DNA of 64,000 nt from Candidatus Iainarchaeum sp. (GTDB lineage Archaea > Iainarchaeota > Iainarchaeia > Iainarchaeales > GCA-2688035). Below the pieces are notes generated by a model, which saw nothing but the letters and a program-made list of their open reading frames with translations, was not told the origin of the DNA and ran no database searches. The position numbers were made by a program, and so were the translations under genes. Below are positions 51,499 to 61,002 of the stretch, in pieces. Positions within the stretch are counted from its first letter, which is position 1; the number at the start of each line of letters is the position of its first letter. Where the stretch lies: NCBI GenBank assembly GCA_017610205.1, contig JAFCCL010000001.1, positions 157,199 through 221,198 on the forward strand, read 5' to 3'.

Positions 51499-51987
51499 AT
51501 GTGTAATATTATGACAAAAGAAAGAGTAAAAATAATTCCTGCAGTTTACCTCGTGCTAATAAAAAACAAAAAGATTCTTTTAGCCCAAAGGCAAAACACA
51601 GGATTTTGCGACTGTTGCTACAGTTTCCCAGCTGGTCATCTAGAGGAAGACGAAACATTACTAGAAGCAATAATAAGAGAAGCAAAAGAAGAAATCAACC
51701 TTGAACTGAACCAACAAGACCTAACACTGGCTCACACAATGCATAGAAAAGAAACAAATGAAAACAGAGCCAGCTTTTTCTTCACAGCAAAAAAATGGAA
51801 AAACACGCCAAAAATAATGGAACCGAACAAATGCAATGACTTAAATTGGTTTGATATAAACACCCCTCCAAAAAACACAATTCCCTACATAAAACAGGCA
51901 ATACAAAACATACTACAAAACAAAAACTATAGTGAATATCCACAAAAAAAACAAGTAGCCAAAAAAAATGTTCAAGACCAATGTTGA
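51499..51987 (+). CDS. NUDIX hydrolase
   Basis: Nudix box GHLEEDETLLEAIIREAKEEINL (Gx5Ex7REx2EE). Confidence 0.85.
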   Translation: MCNIMTKERVKIIPAVYLVLIKNKKILLAQRQNTGFCDCCYSFPAGHLEEDETLLEAIIREAKEEINLELNQQDLTLAHTMHRKETNENRASFFFTAKKWKNTPKIMEPNKCNDLNWFDINTPPKNTIPYIKQAIQNILQNKNYSEYPQKKQVAKKNVQDQC

Positions 51988-52239
51988 TAAAAAAAAACTC
52001 GTAAAAAATTGCTCTTTCTTATAAACAAAGGCTATGATGAATCAATTCTACCGCACCCCTAATATTGCTACTCAATAACTACCTATAGTCATTTTTCTTC
52101 TAGACAATCAATTTAAAAGATATTTTGAAAATAAAATATATCGTTAGTGCGTTTCACTTCTGGGTAGTGTAACAAAGTTGGTTAACTTTATATTTTGAAA
52201 GTGAGTTTAACCACCTAAGAAAGGAGGTGAGTTAAACTC

Positions 52240-52767
52240 ATGTATTCTGTAGAGCAAGAAGCATATATTTCTTTCCTCCAGCAAAAAGAACAAGATTTGC
52301 TGGAGAAACAGTGCGGTTGCAAATACTCCGAGGTCAAAGCTGCCTGCAAACGGGTTAAGACAGCAGTAAAGTATATTTGTACTCGGTTTGGTAAAATCAA
52401 GTACAGATTCACATACATCAAAGATGAAGTCGGGCGATTGTTTTCTCCACTGCTTGAATATCTTGGGATTGAAAAGTATCAACACATGTCTCAAGACTTA
52501 AAGAACCGGTTGAAAGATAAAGCCAGCAAAATGACCTACGCTGACGCAGCAGAAGATATTGGCAACTCTTTCGGTTTCCTGATAACCAGACAAGGGCTTT
52601 GGAGAATAAACCAGGAAACACAAAAGACCGGTTTCAGCAAACCGGACAAAAGCCATTCTATATTGTTGGCTGACGGGACAAAAGTTCGTTCCAACAAAGG
52701 AGGACATCACGAACCCAGAGTGGCACTCGCACCAGCCGGGCGTGACGGCTTGACAAAAGAGATTTAA
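52240..52767 (+). pseudogene. truncated transposase (N-terminal ~175 aa, ISLre2/UPF0236-like by recollection)
   Basis: GKIKYRFTYIKDEVGRLFSPLLEYLGIEKYQHMS...MTYADAAEDIGNSFGFLITRQGLWRINQE. No catalytic half. araD starts 24 nt downstream. Confidence 0.5.
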
Positions 52768-52790
52768 ACTATTCCGGCTTTGATATTCTA

Positions 52791-53491
52791 ATGTTGGAAG
52801 AATTAAAGGAACGGGTTTGCAGCGGAAACAAGGACTTGGAAAGGTATGGTCTGGTTATTTTCACCAGGGGTAATTTGAGTGAAATTGATTTTGAAAAAAA
52901 GGTTGTTGGAATAAAACCAAGCAGGTCTCCTTCGAAGCCCTAACTCCTGAAGACATTGTTTTGCTTGATTTGGATGGAAATCTTGTAGAAGGCGACAAGA
53001 GACCAAGCTCTGATACCCCAACACACTTAGAGATTTATCGCAATTATCCAAAAATAAAGTCAATTGTTCACACCCACTCAATCTTTGCAACAGCATTTGC
53101 CCAGGCATTGAAGGAAATTGAGTGCTTTGGAACAACACCTGCTGATCATTTTTTTGGAAAGGTTCCGGTTACAAGAAAACTCTTAAAGGAAGAAATTGTC
53201 AAAGACTACGAAGCAAACACAGGCAAGGTAATTCTTGAAACACTTGAAGAAAAAATGATTAATCCACTGCAAGTGCCGGCCTGCCTTGTTGCAAACCATG
53301 GTCCGTTTGTGTTCGGAAACTCTCCTGAGAATGCAATTCAAAACGCAGTTGTTTTAGAACAGGTTGCAAAAACGAATATTGAAACATTGAAGATTAATCC
53401 TGAAACAAAAGCAATTGACAGGTCCTTGCTGGACAAGCACTTTTTGCGAAAGCATGGAAAAAACGCTTACTATGGCCAGCGCTTACCATAA
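52791..53491 (+). pseudogene. araD: L-ribulose-5-phosphate 4-epimerase (class II aldolase family) with a frameshift near 52921-52925
   Basis: Frame 1 reads MLEELKERVCSGNKDLERYGLVIFTRGNLSEIDFEKKVVGIKPS, then a premature stop. Frame 2 continues VSFEALTPEDIVLLDLDGNLVEGDKRPSSDTPTHLEIY...VHTHS...LDKHFLRKHGKNAYYGQ, colinear with AraD. Confidence 0.8.
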
Positions 53492-53518
53492 AAAACCTTT
53501 CCCAATTAAACTAGTTGA

Positions 53519-54328
53519 ATGATTCTAGGAATTGACTTTGGAGCAACAACGACAGACGTTGTTCTATTCAATGGAAAAAGGATTTTGAGAAAGGAAAGTT
53601 CTGCAAAGCAACTTGGTTCAGAAAAGAAACTGAATTCATTTCTCAAAAAAAAAGACTTTGCCTCAAAAAAAATAAGTGCAGTTGCAGTAACAGGTGGCAA
53701 GAACTCTTTCTTTAAGGGAAAAGTTCTTGGAAATAAGCCAACGCACGTTGAAGAGATTGAGGCAATTGGTTTTGGCGGCTGTTTTCTCGCAGGCTTAAAG
53801 CATTGCCTTGTTGTTTCAATGGGAACAGGAACCTGCATTGTTTCTTTTGACAGGGGAAAAGCAAGGCATGTTGCAGGCACTGCCCTTGGAGGTGGAACAA
53901 TTGTTGGCCTTTCAAAAAGGCTTTTTGGAGAAGGAAACCCTGAAAAGCTTGGAAAGATGGCGTTGAATGGCTCTCTTAAGAAAATTGATTTGAGTGTTGA
54001 GGAAATTGTTGGAAAAGGCATTGGAATAATTCCGGCAAAGGCTGCTGCAAGCAATTTTGCAAAGAATGGAAAGGCAAGCAAGGCAGACCTTGCCCTGGCT
54101 GTCCAAAACACTGTTGCTGAAAGCAATGCAATTATTGCTGCCTTGTCAGCAAAATACTCCTGCAGGAAAAAGATTGTTTTTGTAGGAAAGACTGCTGCAT
54201 TCCCTGCAGTAAAAGCAACTGTTAGGCGTGTTTTGGGATATTATGGTTTTAAGCCAATTTTTTCAGGCCTTGGAGAGCACGCTACTGCAATAGGTGCAGC
54301 ATACTGTCTTTGGAAAAAAAGTGCCTGA
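53519..54328 (+). CDS. coaW: type II (staphylococcal/fumble-like) pantothenate kinase
   Basis: GIDFGATTTDVV, VTGGKN, VSMGTGTCIVSFDRGKARHVAGTALGGGTIVGLSKRLF, IVFVGKTAA and GEHATAIGAAYCL are colinear with the S. aureus type II PanK pattern as I recall it. Confidence 0.7.
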   Translation: MILGIDFGATTTDVVLFNGKRILRKESSAKQLGSEKKLNSFLKKKDFASKKISAVAVTGGKNSFFKGKVLGNKPTHVEEIEAIGFGGCFLAGLKHCLVVSMGTGTCIVSFDRGKARHVAGTALGGGTIVGLSKRLFGEGNPEKLGKMALNGSLKKIDLSVEEIVGKGIGIIPAKAAASNFAKNGKASKADLALAVQNTVAESNAIIAALSAKYSCRKKIVFVGKTAAFPAVKATVRRVLGYYGFKPIFSGLGEHATAIGAAYCLWKKSA

Positions 54329-54333
54329 ATTTT

Positions 54334-55563
54334 TTACTTTTGTTTTTTGAGCAGGAAAACATGGTCGTTTTTTCTGGCTTTTTCCAAAACCTTTAATCCA
54401 ACTGTTTTTCCCTTTAGTGCTTTTTTTATCTGTTGGTGATTTATCTCCATTGATTCAACAACCTGTTTTGAAAAAGTTGTTTTGCCCTCTATAAGAATAG
54501 TGTCGCCCAAAGAAATGGTTTTGAAAAGCCTTACTTCTGCAACCATTGCATTTGAATAAAATTTTTTAACCTTTCCAATAGGAATGCGCTTTTGCTTTTG
54601 GCTGCTCCCCTGCTTTTTTGCCAAATCGCTTTTACCTGGTTTTGAAAAGAAAAAGCCGTTTGAAAATCCCCTGTTAAAAACGTTTTCAAGCTGCTTGTTC
54701 CAGGAAGTAATTTTTGTTTTTGTAAAAGTTTTGTTTGCAATTGAATCAATTGCTTCCCTATAACATTTTGTTGTTACTGCAATATAGTGCGCTGGCTTGT
54801 TTCGTCCCTCAATTTTAATTGAATCAAGACCTGTGTTAATTACTTTGTCCAAGAAGCCAATTGTTTTAAGGTCTTTTGGTGAAAGAATCAGGTTTCCCTG
54901 CAGAAGAATGTCCTTTTTTTTGTAATCTGGTGCAGCTCCGTCCAAAAAGAAAGCGCGTCTGCAGGGCTGAAGACACTTTCCTCTGTTTGCACTTGTTCCA
55001 AAAAGTTCGTGGCTGAGAAAACATCTTCCTGAAACAGAAATGCACATTGCCCCGTGAACAAAACACTCTATTTCAATATTTTTTACTGATTTTTTTATTT
55101 CTGCAATTTGCTTTAAGTTAAGTTCTCTTGCAAGAATAACTCTTTTGATTCCAAGCTTTTTAAATTCCTTCAAAGCAAGAGTGTTTGCAGTGCTTGCCTG
55201 AGTACTTAGAAACGGAATTAAACCGTGCTTTTTTACAAGTGAAAGCACTCCAAGGTCTGAAAGAATTACTGCATCAACCTTTTCCTGCTTTGCCTTTTTC
55301 AAAATGCTTTCAACTTTTTTTAGTTCCTTGTCAAAAACAATTGTGTTCAAAGCAAGATATCCTTTCACATTGTTTTTGTGCAAAAAAGCCATTAGCTTTT
55401 TTAGTTCACTTGGTTTGAAATTTGTTCCAAGGTCACGCATGCTAAAGCCTTTTACTCCAAAATAAACAGCGTTTGCGCCATTTTTTACGGCAGCAATTGC
55501 AGATGCAAAATTTCCTGTTCCAACCAAAAGCTCTGGTTTTTTTCCAGCAGGATGTTTTTTCAT
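54334..55563 (-). CDS. peptidase U32 family protein
   Basis: PELLVGTGNFASAIAAVKNGANAVYFG, YLALNTIVFDKEL, IECFVHGAMCISVSGRCFLS. Confidence 0.85.
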   Translation of the reverse strand: MKKHPAGKKPELLVGTGNFASAIAAVKNGANAVYFGVKGFSMRDLGTNFKPSELKKLMAFLHKNNVKGYLALNTIVFDKELKKVESILKKAKQEKVDAVILSDLGVLSLVKKHGLIPFLSTQASTANTLALKEFKKLGIKRVILARELNLKQIAEIKKSVKNIEIECFVHGAMCISVSGRCFLSHELFGTSANRGKCLQPCRRAFFLDGAAPDYKKKDILLQGNLILSPKDLKTIGFLDKVINTGLDSIKIEGRNKPAHYIAVTTKCYREAIDSIANKTFTKTKITSWNKQLENVFNRGFSNGFFFSKPGKSDLAKKQGSSQKQKRIPIGKVKKFYSNAMVAEVRLFKTISLGDTILIEGKTTFSKQVVESMEINHQQIKKALKGKTVGLKVLEKARKNDHVFLLKKQK

Positions 55564-55714
55564 AATTAAATTAAACAGGAAAACAATTAATTAACTGACA
55601 TTTAAAAAAAAATTCTTTTTGCTTTGAAAAAAAGCTTTTTATATTAAAAAAAAAGTCTAAAGTAAACAGATTTTTTATTAAATTTTTGGAGGCGAAAAAA
55701 TAGCACTTAAACCA

Positions 55715-55939
55715 ATGGCATTTGCTATGGCAGGCGGAATAATCTGGGGAATTGCAGTGTTTTTAATGGCAATAATTTCAGGTGACACAGGATACAGTAT
55801 TGGTTTTGTTCATGCAATTGGAACAATATACATTGGCGTACAACCAGGTATAGTTGGCGCAATACTTGGACTTGTTTACGGCTTTATTGGCGCTTTCATC
55901 GGTTGTTTTATCTTTGCATGGCTTTATAAACGTACTTGA
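55715..55939 (+). CDS. small membrane protein
   Basis: 74 aa with three Gly-rich hydrophobic helices. Confidence 0.5.
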   Translation: MAFAMAGGIIWGIAVFLMAIISGDTGYSIGFVHAIGTIYIGVQPGIVGAILGLVYGFIGAFIGCFIFAWLYKRT

Positions 55940-56050
55940 AATCAAATGTATAGCACGAACTGCAAAATAAAAAATGCAACGCAGGCAAGTTAACAAGGGC
56001 AAAAAAACGCCCTTGCTTTTTTTGTTTAATTTCAACAAAAAAAAAAAGAA

Positions 56051-56596
56051 TTATTTAATTTGCAGTGTTTTTCCAACGCTTTCAAGCTCTTCCTGAATAG
56101 TCTTGATTTCATTTTCAATTTTCTTTGTTTGCTTTTCAAGAGATTGCTTTGAAATAAGTTCCTTTAATTCAAGCAGTTGAATCTGCAAAACCATGATTTC
56201 TTTTTCAGCCTTTTTGTCAATATAATAATCTTTAGCAACATGCATTCTGTCCCTTTCACTTGACCTGTTTTGAGACATTAAAATAACTGGGGCCTGAATT
56301 GCTGCAAGGCAGCTTAATGTAAGATTTAGTAAAATAAAAGGGTAAGGGTCCCATTTTTGAACAAAAAATAATTCAATGTTTAGTGCAATCCATACTCCCA
56401 AAAAAGTGAAAAAGATAATTATAAATCCCCAGCTTCCCATTGTACCAGTAAGCTTGTCCGCTGCCCATTGCCCAAAAGTAAGCCTGCACCTTGACCAAGG
56501 AGGCCTGTGATTCTTTGGCTTTTTTGCAGAATTGTTCTTTCCAACATTTCCAAAATCATTCTTTCCAGCATTTCTAACAGTATTTTTTCCAGACAT
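56051..56596 (-). CDS. DUF1003-family membrane protein
   Basis: FGQWAADKLTGTMGSWGFIIIF...DPYPFILLNLTLSCLAAIQAPVILMSQNR, then a C-terminal coiled coil. Confidence 0.7.
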   Translation of the reverse strand: MSGKNTVRNAGKNDFGNVGKNNSAKKPKNHRPPWSRCRLTFGQWAADKLTGTMGSWGFIIIFFTFLGVWIALNIELFFVQKWDPYPFILLNLTLSCLAAIQAPVILMSQNRSSERDRMHVAKDYYIDKKAEKEIMVLQIQLLELKELISKQSLEKQTKKIENEIKTIQEELESVGKTLQIK

Positions 56597-56683
56597 TCAA
56601 TGAAAATAGGTCTTTTTTCTATTTAATTCTTTTGGCTTGCAAAAGTCAAAGGCATTATAAACTTTGCTTGTCAAAATTTGTAA

Positions 56684-57220
56684 ATGATGAAAAACTTTTT
56701 TGAAATTTTAGGCATTGTGCTTGCAGTTGCACTTTTAAGCGGATGTGTACAACCTGAAGAAGGCGATAGCATAGACGATGAAAACGGAGGCAATAACATG
56801 GTTGAAAAAGTTGAAACAGGAAATAGCATTTCGGTTGAATACAGAGGAACACTGGAAGACGGAACACAATTTGATGCAAGCGAAGGAAGAGGACCATTGG
56901 TGTTTACAGCAGGAGCAGGCCAGATGATTAAGGGGTTTGATGCAGCAGTAATTGGAATGGGTTTGAATGAAGAAAAAACTATTACTTTGCAGCCATCTGA
57001 AGCATATGGTGAAAGTGACCCTAGCAAAATTGTGGAAATTCCAAAAGCAAACATTGGTGATGCAAACAGCCTTGAAGTTGGAATGTCTGTTACAAGCAGT
57101 CAAGGAGTTAATGGCATTGTTAAAGAAATAAAAGAAAATGCAGTAATAATTGACTTCAACCACGCACTTGCAGGAAAAAAACTTACTTTTTGGATAAAGG
57201 TTGTTGCAATCAAAAAATAA
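56684..57220 (+). CDS. FKBP-type peptidyl-prolyl cis-trans isomerase (SlyD-like, with lipoprotein-type signal)
   Basis: LLSGC lipobox. VEYRGTLEDGTQFDAS...FTAGAGQMIKGFDAAVIGM...IDFNHALAGKKLTFWIKV. Confidence 0.85.
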   Translation: MMKNFFEILGIVLAVALLSGCVQPEEGDSIDDENGGNNMVEKVETGNSISVEYRGTLEDGTQFDASEGRGPLVFTAGAGQMIKGFDAAVIGMGLNEEKTITLQPSEAYGESDPSKIVEIPKANIGDANSLEVGMSVTSSQGVNGIVKEIKENAVIIDFNHALAGKKLTFWIKVVAIKK

Positions 57221-57266
57221 AAAAAAGCAAGCATTTAAATCCTTTTTTTAGGCTTTTTTCTTTAAC

Positions 57267-57350
57267 GCGGGAGTCCGATAGCGGTCAATTCGGCAAGGTT
57301 GAGGGCCTTGTGGCTTAGTGCCTTCGGGAGTTCAAATCTTCCCTCCCGCA
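57267..57350 (+). tRNA. tRNA-Leu(GAG)
   Basis: Acceptor GCGGGAG/CTCCCGC. Anticodon stem CAAGG/CCTTG with loop TTGAGGG. Long variable arm. T arm GGGAG-TTCAAAT-CTTCC. 84 nt. Confidence 0.9.
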
Positions 57351-57409
57351 ATATTTTTCGTTTTTAGCAAAATTTAATAAACTATTTTGTGTTTAGATAA
57401 TGTGATTAG

Positions 57410-57925
57410 ATGGGCTTTTTTTCAAATGTGTGGAATTTGCTTGTAAGGAAAAAGACCTTGCTTTATTTAAGAAAACATGTGCTTGCAGACCGTTCAGTTG
57501 TGCTTTCACACCCTGAAAAAATAAAGCTTGCTTTTGGAGTAAAAATAAACAGTTACACTGTATTAAAACCAGGGGAAGGGTGGATAAAGGTTGGAAAAAA
57601 TGTTGTTATAGGAGAGCATTGTGTTTTTTATGGAAACAACGGAATTGAAATAGAAGAGCGCTGCATTATTGCTCCACAGGCCTCAATAATGGCTGGGGGC
57701 CACAAGTTGGTAAAAAATGGAAAACTTTACTTTGAACACCCTAAAAAGGATAGGGGAATAAGTCTTGGAAAAAATGTTTGGATTGGAGCAAATGCAACTG
57801 TTTTATCAGGAGTGACAATTGGAGACAACAGCGTGGTTGCAGCAGGAAGCGTTGTCACAAAAGATGTTCCGGTAAACACTGTTGTTGCAGGCTGTCCTGC
57901 AAAAGAAATTGAAAAACAGCACTAA
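57410..57925 (+). CDS. hexapeptide-repeat (LbH) acetyltransferase
   Basis: ISLGKNVWIGANATVLSGVTIGDNSVVAAGSVVTKDVPVNTVVAGCPAKEI. Confidence 0.8.
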   Translation: MGFFSNVWNLLVRKKTLLYLRKHVLADRSVVLSHPEKIKLAFGVKINSYTVLKPGEGWIKVGKNVVIGEHCVFYGNNGIEIEERCIIAPQASIMAGGHKLVKNGKLYFEHPKKDRGISLGKNVWIGANATVLSGVTIGDNSVVAAGSVVTKDVPVNTVVAGCPAKEIEKQH

Positions 57926-58150
57926 TCGTAACTGCTAATGGTTTTTCAATTTCTTGCAAAAGCTGAAATGCTGAATTTGTGGTTTAACTTACGAAAGAAC
58001 ACAAAATAGGAAAAACAAAACAGCACAGGATAAAAAATAGGACACGATTAAATCAGCTATTAAACGCATTACACGCCAATTTTCAGGGGGTGTTAGCAGT
58101 TACCCACTAATCCAAATCCTTTTATTCCAGTTAGGACTTCTTTTTTGCAA

Positions 58151-59284
58151 ATGGACCTGATTTGGACCTCAATAATGTTTTGCTTTGGAATAGGATTGCT
58201 TGTAAAAGGAAGCGACTGGCTTGTTGACTCAGCAGCAAGAATTGCAAAACAGTTTGGATTAAGCAATTTTATCGTTGGACTTACTATTGTAGCAATTGGA
58301 ACATCTCTTCCAGAGCTTGCAACAGCAGTTACAGCATCACTTTTGGGTGACAACGATCTTATTTTGGGAACCATTATTGGAAGCAATGTTGCAAACCTTG
58401 CTCTTGTTCTTGGAATTGCAGCACTTCTTGTCCCAATAGGCATTAAAAAAGACCTTTACAACAGAGACGGAACAATGCTTTTTATTGTAACAATTTTATT
58501 CTATCTCTTTTGCTTAAACGGAATTCTCACAAGCTGGGAAGGTGGATTTTTTCTGTTTATTTTTATTTCATACGTCCTTTACTTTATTGCAACCAAAAGG
58601 CGCTTCAAAAAAGAATTTCAGTTCAAAAATTATCTTGAAGAGTATTCAGATGTAAAAAGAAAAGAAAAATTTGACAAGGTTCCTGAAATAACTAAAAGCG
58701 TAAAAAAAGCGTTTCACAAACACTTGTTTGAAAAAATGATTTCGCTCGAAAACAATTTTTCAGAAATTGCAAAAAAAACACGCAACTCAATTAAAAGAAA
58801 CTGGAAAAAGGCAGTAGGAAAAAAAGCGGCCTTTTTTTACTTATTCAAACAGCTTGGAATAATTTTAATTGGCGCAGCCTGTATTTTCTTTGGTGCAAAT
58901 TTGGTTATTACAAGCGCATTAAATCTTCCAATAAGCCAACTTGCCATTGGTTCAGTGTTTGTAGCAATTGGAACTTCCCTGCCGGAATTGGCAATAACTG
59001 TATCAAGTCTTAGAAAAGGCCTGCCACAAATAATGGTTGGCAATCTTATTGGAAGCAATATTGCAAACATTCTTTTGGTTGGAGGAATTGCTGCAGTACT
59101 AAACCCATTAAATGTTTCAATTGGCGCAATACAGCTTAGTTTTATTTTGCTCATTCTGATTACCTGGATGTTCCTTGTTTTCCTAAGAAATGACTCAAAA
59201 ATAACACCCATTGAAGCTCTTACACTGTTACTGCTTTACTTTTTGTTTATAATCACTTCTTTAGGGTTAAGATTTGGTGTTTGA
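58151..59284 (+). CDS. Ca2+/cation antiporter (CaCA, YrbG-like)
   Basis: Two alpha-repeats, GTSLPELATAV and GTSLPELAITV, each in a 5-TM half. Trimmed to ATG 58151. Confidence 0.85.
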   Translation: MDLIWTSIMFCFGIGLLVKGSDWLVDSAARIAKQFGLSNFIVGLTIVAIGTSLPELATAVTASLLGDNDLILGTIIGSNVANLALVLGIAALLVPIGIKKDLYNRDGTMLFIVTILFYLFCLNGILTSWEGGFFLFIFISYVLYFIATKRRFKKEFQFKNYLEEYSDVKRKEKFDKVPEITKSVKKAFHKHLFEKMISLENNFSEIAKKTRNSIKRNWKKAVGKKAAFFYLFKQLGIILIGAACIFFGANLVITSALNLPISQLAIGSVFVAIGTSLPELAITVSSLRKGLPQIMVGNLIGSNIANILLVGGIAAVLNPLNVSIGAIQLSFILLILITWMFLVFLRNDSKITPIEALTLLLLYFLFIITSLGLRFGV

Positions 59285-59340
59285 AAAAATCTTTTGGGTT
59301 TTTTAAATGATTTTGACAAAAATTAAAACAGGGTAGTTGA

Positions 59341-59820
59341 ATGAAAATACTTATTGCATATTACAGCAAAACCGGTTCGACAGAAAAGGTTGCAGAAATG
59401 ATAAAACAAGAATTTGAAGAAAAAGGACACAAAATAGAAATTACAAAAATTGCCCCTATTAATAAACTTAAAGCATACCAGTACAAAAAAAACGGAAAAG
59501 ACCTTAAATTGAAAAAGTCAGTAGCAAACGTTAAAAAATTCGATTTAATACTGGTTGGAACACCAGTGTGGAATTTTTGCCCCACCCCAATGGTATTAGC
59601 TTATCTTAGAAATTTAATTAATGCAAAGAACAAAAAGTTTGCATTGTTTGCAACCTGCACAGCTTTGCCAGGAACAACAATTCAAAGAATGAGCAGCATT
59701 CTTTTAACAAAAGGCGGCAAAGTAATAGCAAGCAATACCATCAGAAGTATCTTTCCACTGGATAGAAAAAAACTCGAAACAGCAAAAGAGTTTGCCAAGC
59801 AACTTTCAGCAAAGAGTTAG
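59341..59820 (+). CDS. flavodoxin-like protein
   Basis: MKILIAYYSKTGSTEKVAEMI and LILVGTPVWN. Confidence 0.75.
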   Translation: MKILIAYYSKTGSTEKVAEMIKQEFEEKGHKIEITKIAPINKLKAYQYKKNGKDLKLKKSVANVKKFDLILVGTPVWNFCPTPMVLAYLRNLINAKNKKFALFATCTALPGTTIQRMSSILLTKGGKVIASNTIRSIFPLDRKKLETAKEFAKQLSAKS

Positions 59821-59836
59821 CTTTTTAGCAAAAGAA

Positions 59837-60616
59837 TTACTTCCCTTTTTTTGAAACCTGTTCTGCAAGTTCGTTTGCGATTTCAATCTGTCTCTCTGCA
59901 TCAGTTTTAGACTTCTTTTTCTTTACCTTTTTCTTTTTATTTTCAAGACTTGAAAGTCTTTTCTTTAAATTACCCATTATTTTTGAAATGCTTGCCTCGT
60001 CATACAATCCTTTGATTTCTGCTTCAATATCTATAAGTTTCTGCTGCTTCTTTTGCACAAGCGACTGATAAGTTTTTACATCAATTTTTCTTCTAAGATA
60101 CCTTTTTTCGGCAAGATCCATTTCCTTAATAAGCGACCTTTTTTCGGCAAACTTCTGCTGCAAAATATGCCTTTTTTTGGTTTGCACAGCCAAAAGCCTT
60201 TTGTCAATCTTTTCCTTTTTTTCCTTGTTGTAAAGACGGTCAATTAAGGCTTCAACTTCAATCAGCCTTTTTTGCTTTTCCTTAAAAATTTTGTTAAAAT
60301 CCTTTTCACTAAGTTTTCTTCGCATATACTGCTTTTCAGCAATTTTAATTGCTGAAAGAAGCCGCTTCTTTTCAGAAAAAAGCTTTTTCAAAGAAGGACG
60401 CCTGTAATGAAACTTTGCCCAAACCAAAATAACCACAATTATTGCAGCAAGAGCAATTGTTGCATAAAGCAAACCCTGAAAAATAAGCAGTAAAATTCTC
60501 CAAAAAACAGCTGCAAGAAAAAGAATTACCACAATTGCAGCCAAAATCAAAGGATTTTCTTTTACAAAATCTTTTAACAATTCAACAATTTTTAAAAATT
60601 TAGCAGTTGTGTCCAT
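59837..60616 (-). CDS. membrane-anchored coiled-coil protein with two ~60-aa internal repeats
   Basis: Two N-terminal TM helices. Repeats AEKQYMRRKLSEKDFNKIFKEKQKRLIEVEALIDRLYN / AEKRYLRRKIDVKTYQSLVQKKQQKLIDIEAEIKGLYD. Confidence 0.55.
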   Translation of the reverse strand: MDTTAKFLKIVELLKDFVKENPLILAAIVVILFLAAVFWRILLLIFQGLLYATIALAAIIVVILVWAKFHYRRPSLKKLFSEKKRLLSAIKIAEKQYMRRKLSEKDFNKIFKEKQKRLIEVEALIDRLYNKEKKEKIDKRLLAVQTKKRHILQQKFAEKRSLIKEMDLAEKRYLRRKIDVKTYQSLVQKKQQKLIDIEAEIKGLYDEASISKIMGNLKKRLSSLENKKKKVKKKKSKTDAERQIEIANELAEQVSKKGK

Positions 60617-60659
60617 TCAATAAAAAAAGGCTTTATCCAAATAAAAAGCTTTGTGCAGG

Positions 60660-60842
60660 TTATTTTTTCCAAATGCTGCTAAAAAGATAGATAAGACCGC
60701 CTCCAAAAATAAGCACTGCCAAAAGAACATCAACCTGAACACGCCTTGTAAGAGCATCATAAATGTACATAAATGACGCAACCACAATAGCCAACGCAAT
60801 TATTGTTTCAAAAGTCCTTGTTTCCTTAACACTATCTTCCAT
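60660..60842 (-). CDS. small 2-TM membrane protein
   Basis: 60 aa, IIALAIVVASFMYIY and VLLAVLIFGGGLIYLF. Preferred over the overlapping ORF 60617-60799. Confidence 0.4.
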   Translation of the reverse strand: MEDSVKETRTFETIIALAIVVASFMYIYDALTRRVQVDVLLAVLIFGGGLIYLFSSIWKK

Positions 60843-61002
60843 AGTACTAATTTACCCTACAAGAATATTTAAATATTACTTTTAAGAGTTAATTAGTTAA
60901 TTAGCAATTTTTGCCACAATTTCCACAACTTTTTGCAATAGGCCTTTAAACAAAAAAAAATACAATTAAATTAAAGTGATTGCCTTAAAGAAATGTGATT
61001 AA

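Noticed and set aside
53506-54126. 206-aa minus-strand ORF
   Set aside because: It is antisense to the type II pantothenate kinase gene, whose translation is colinear with a known family.
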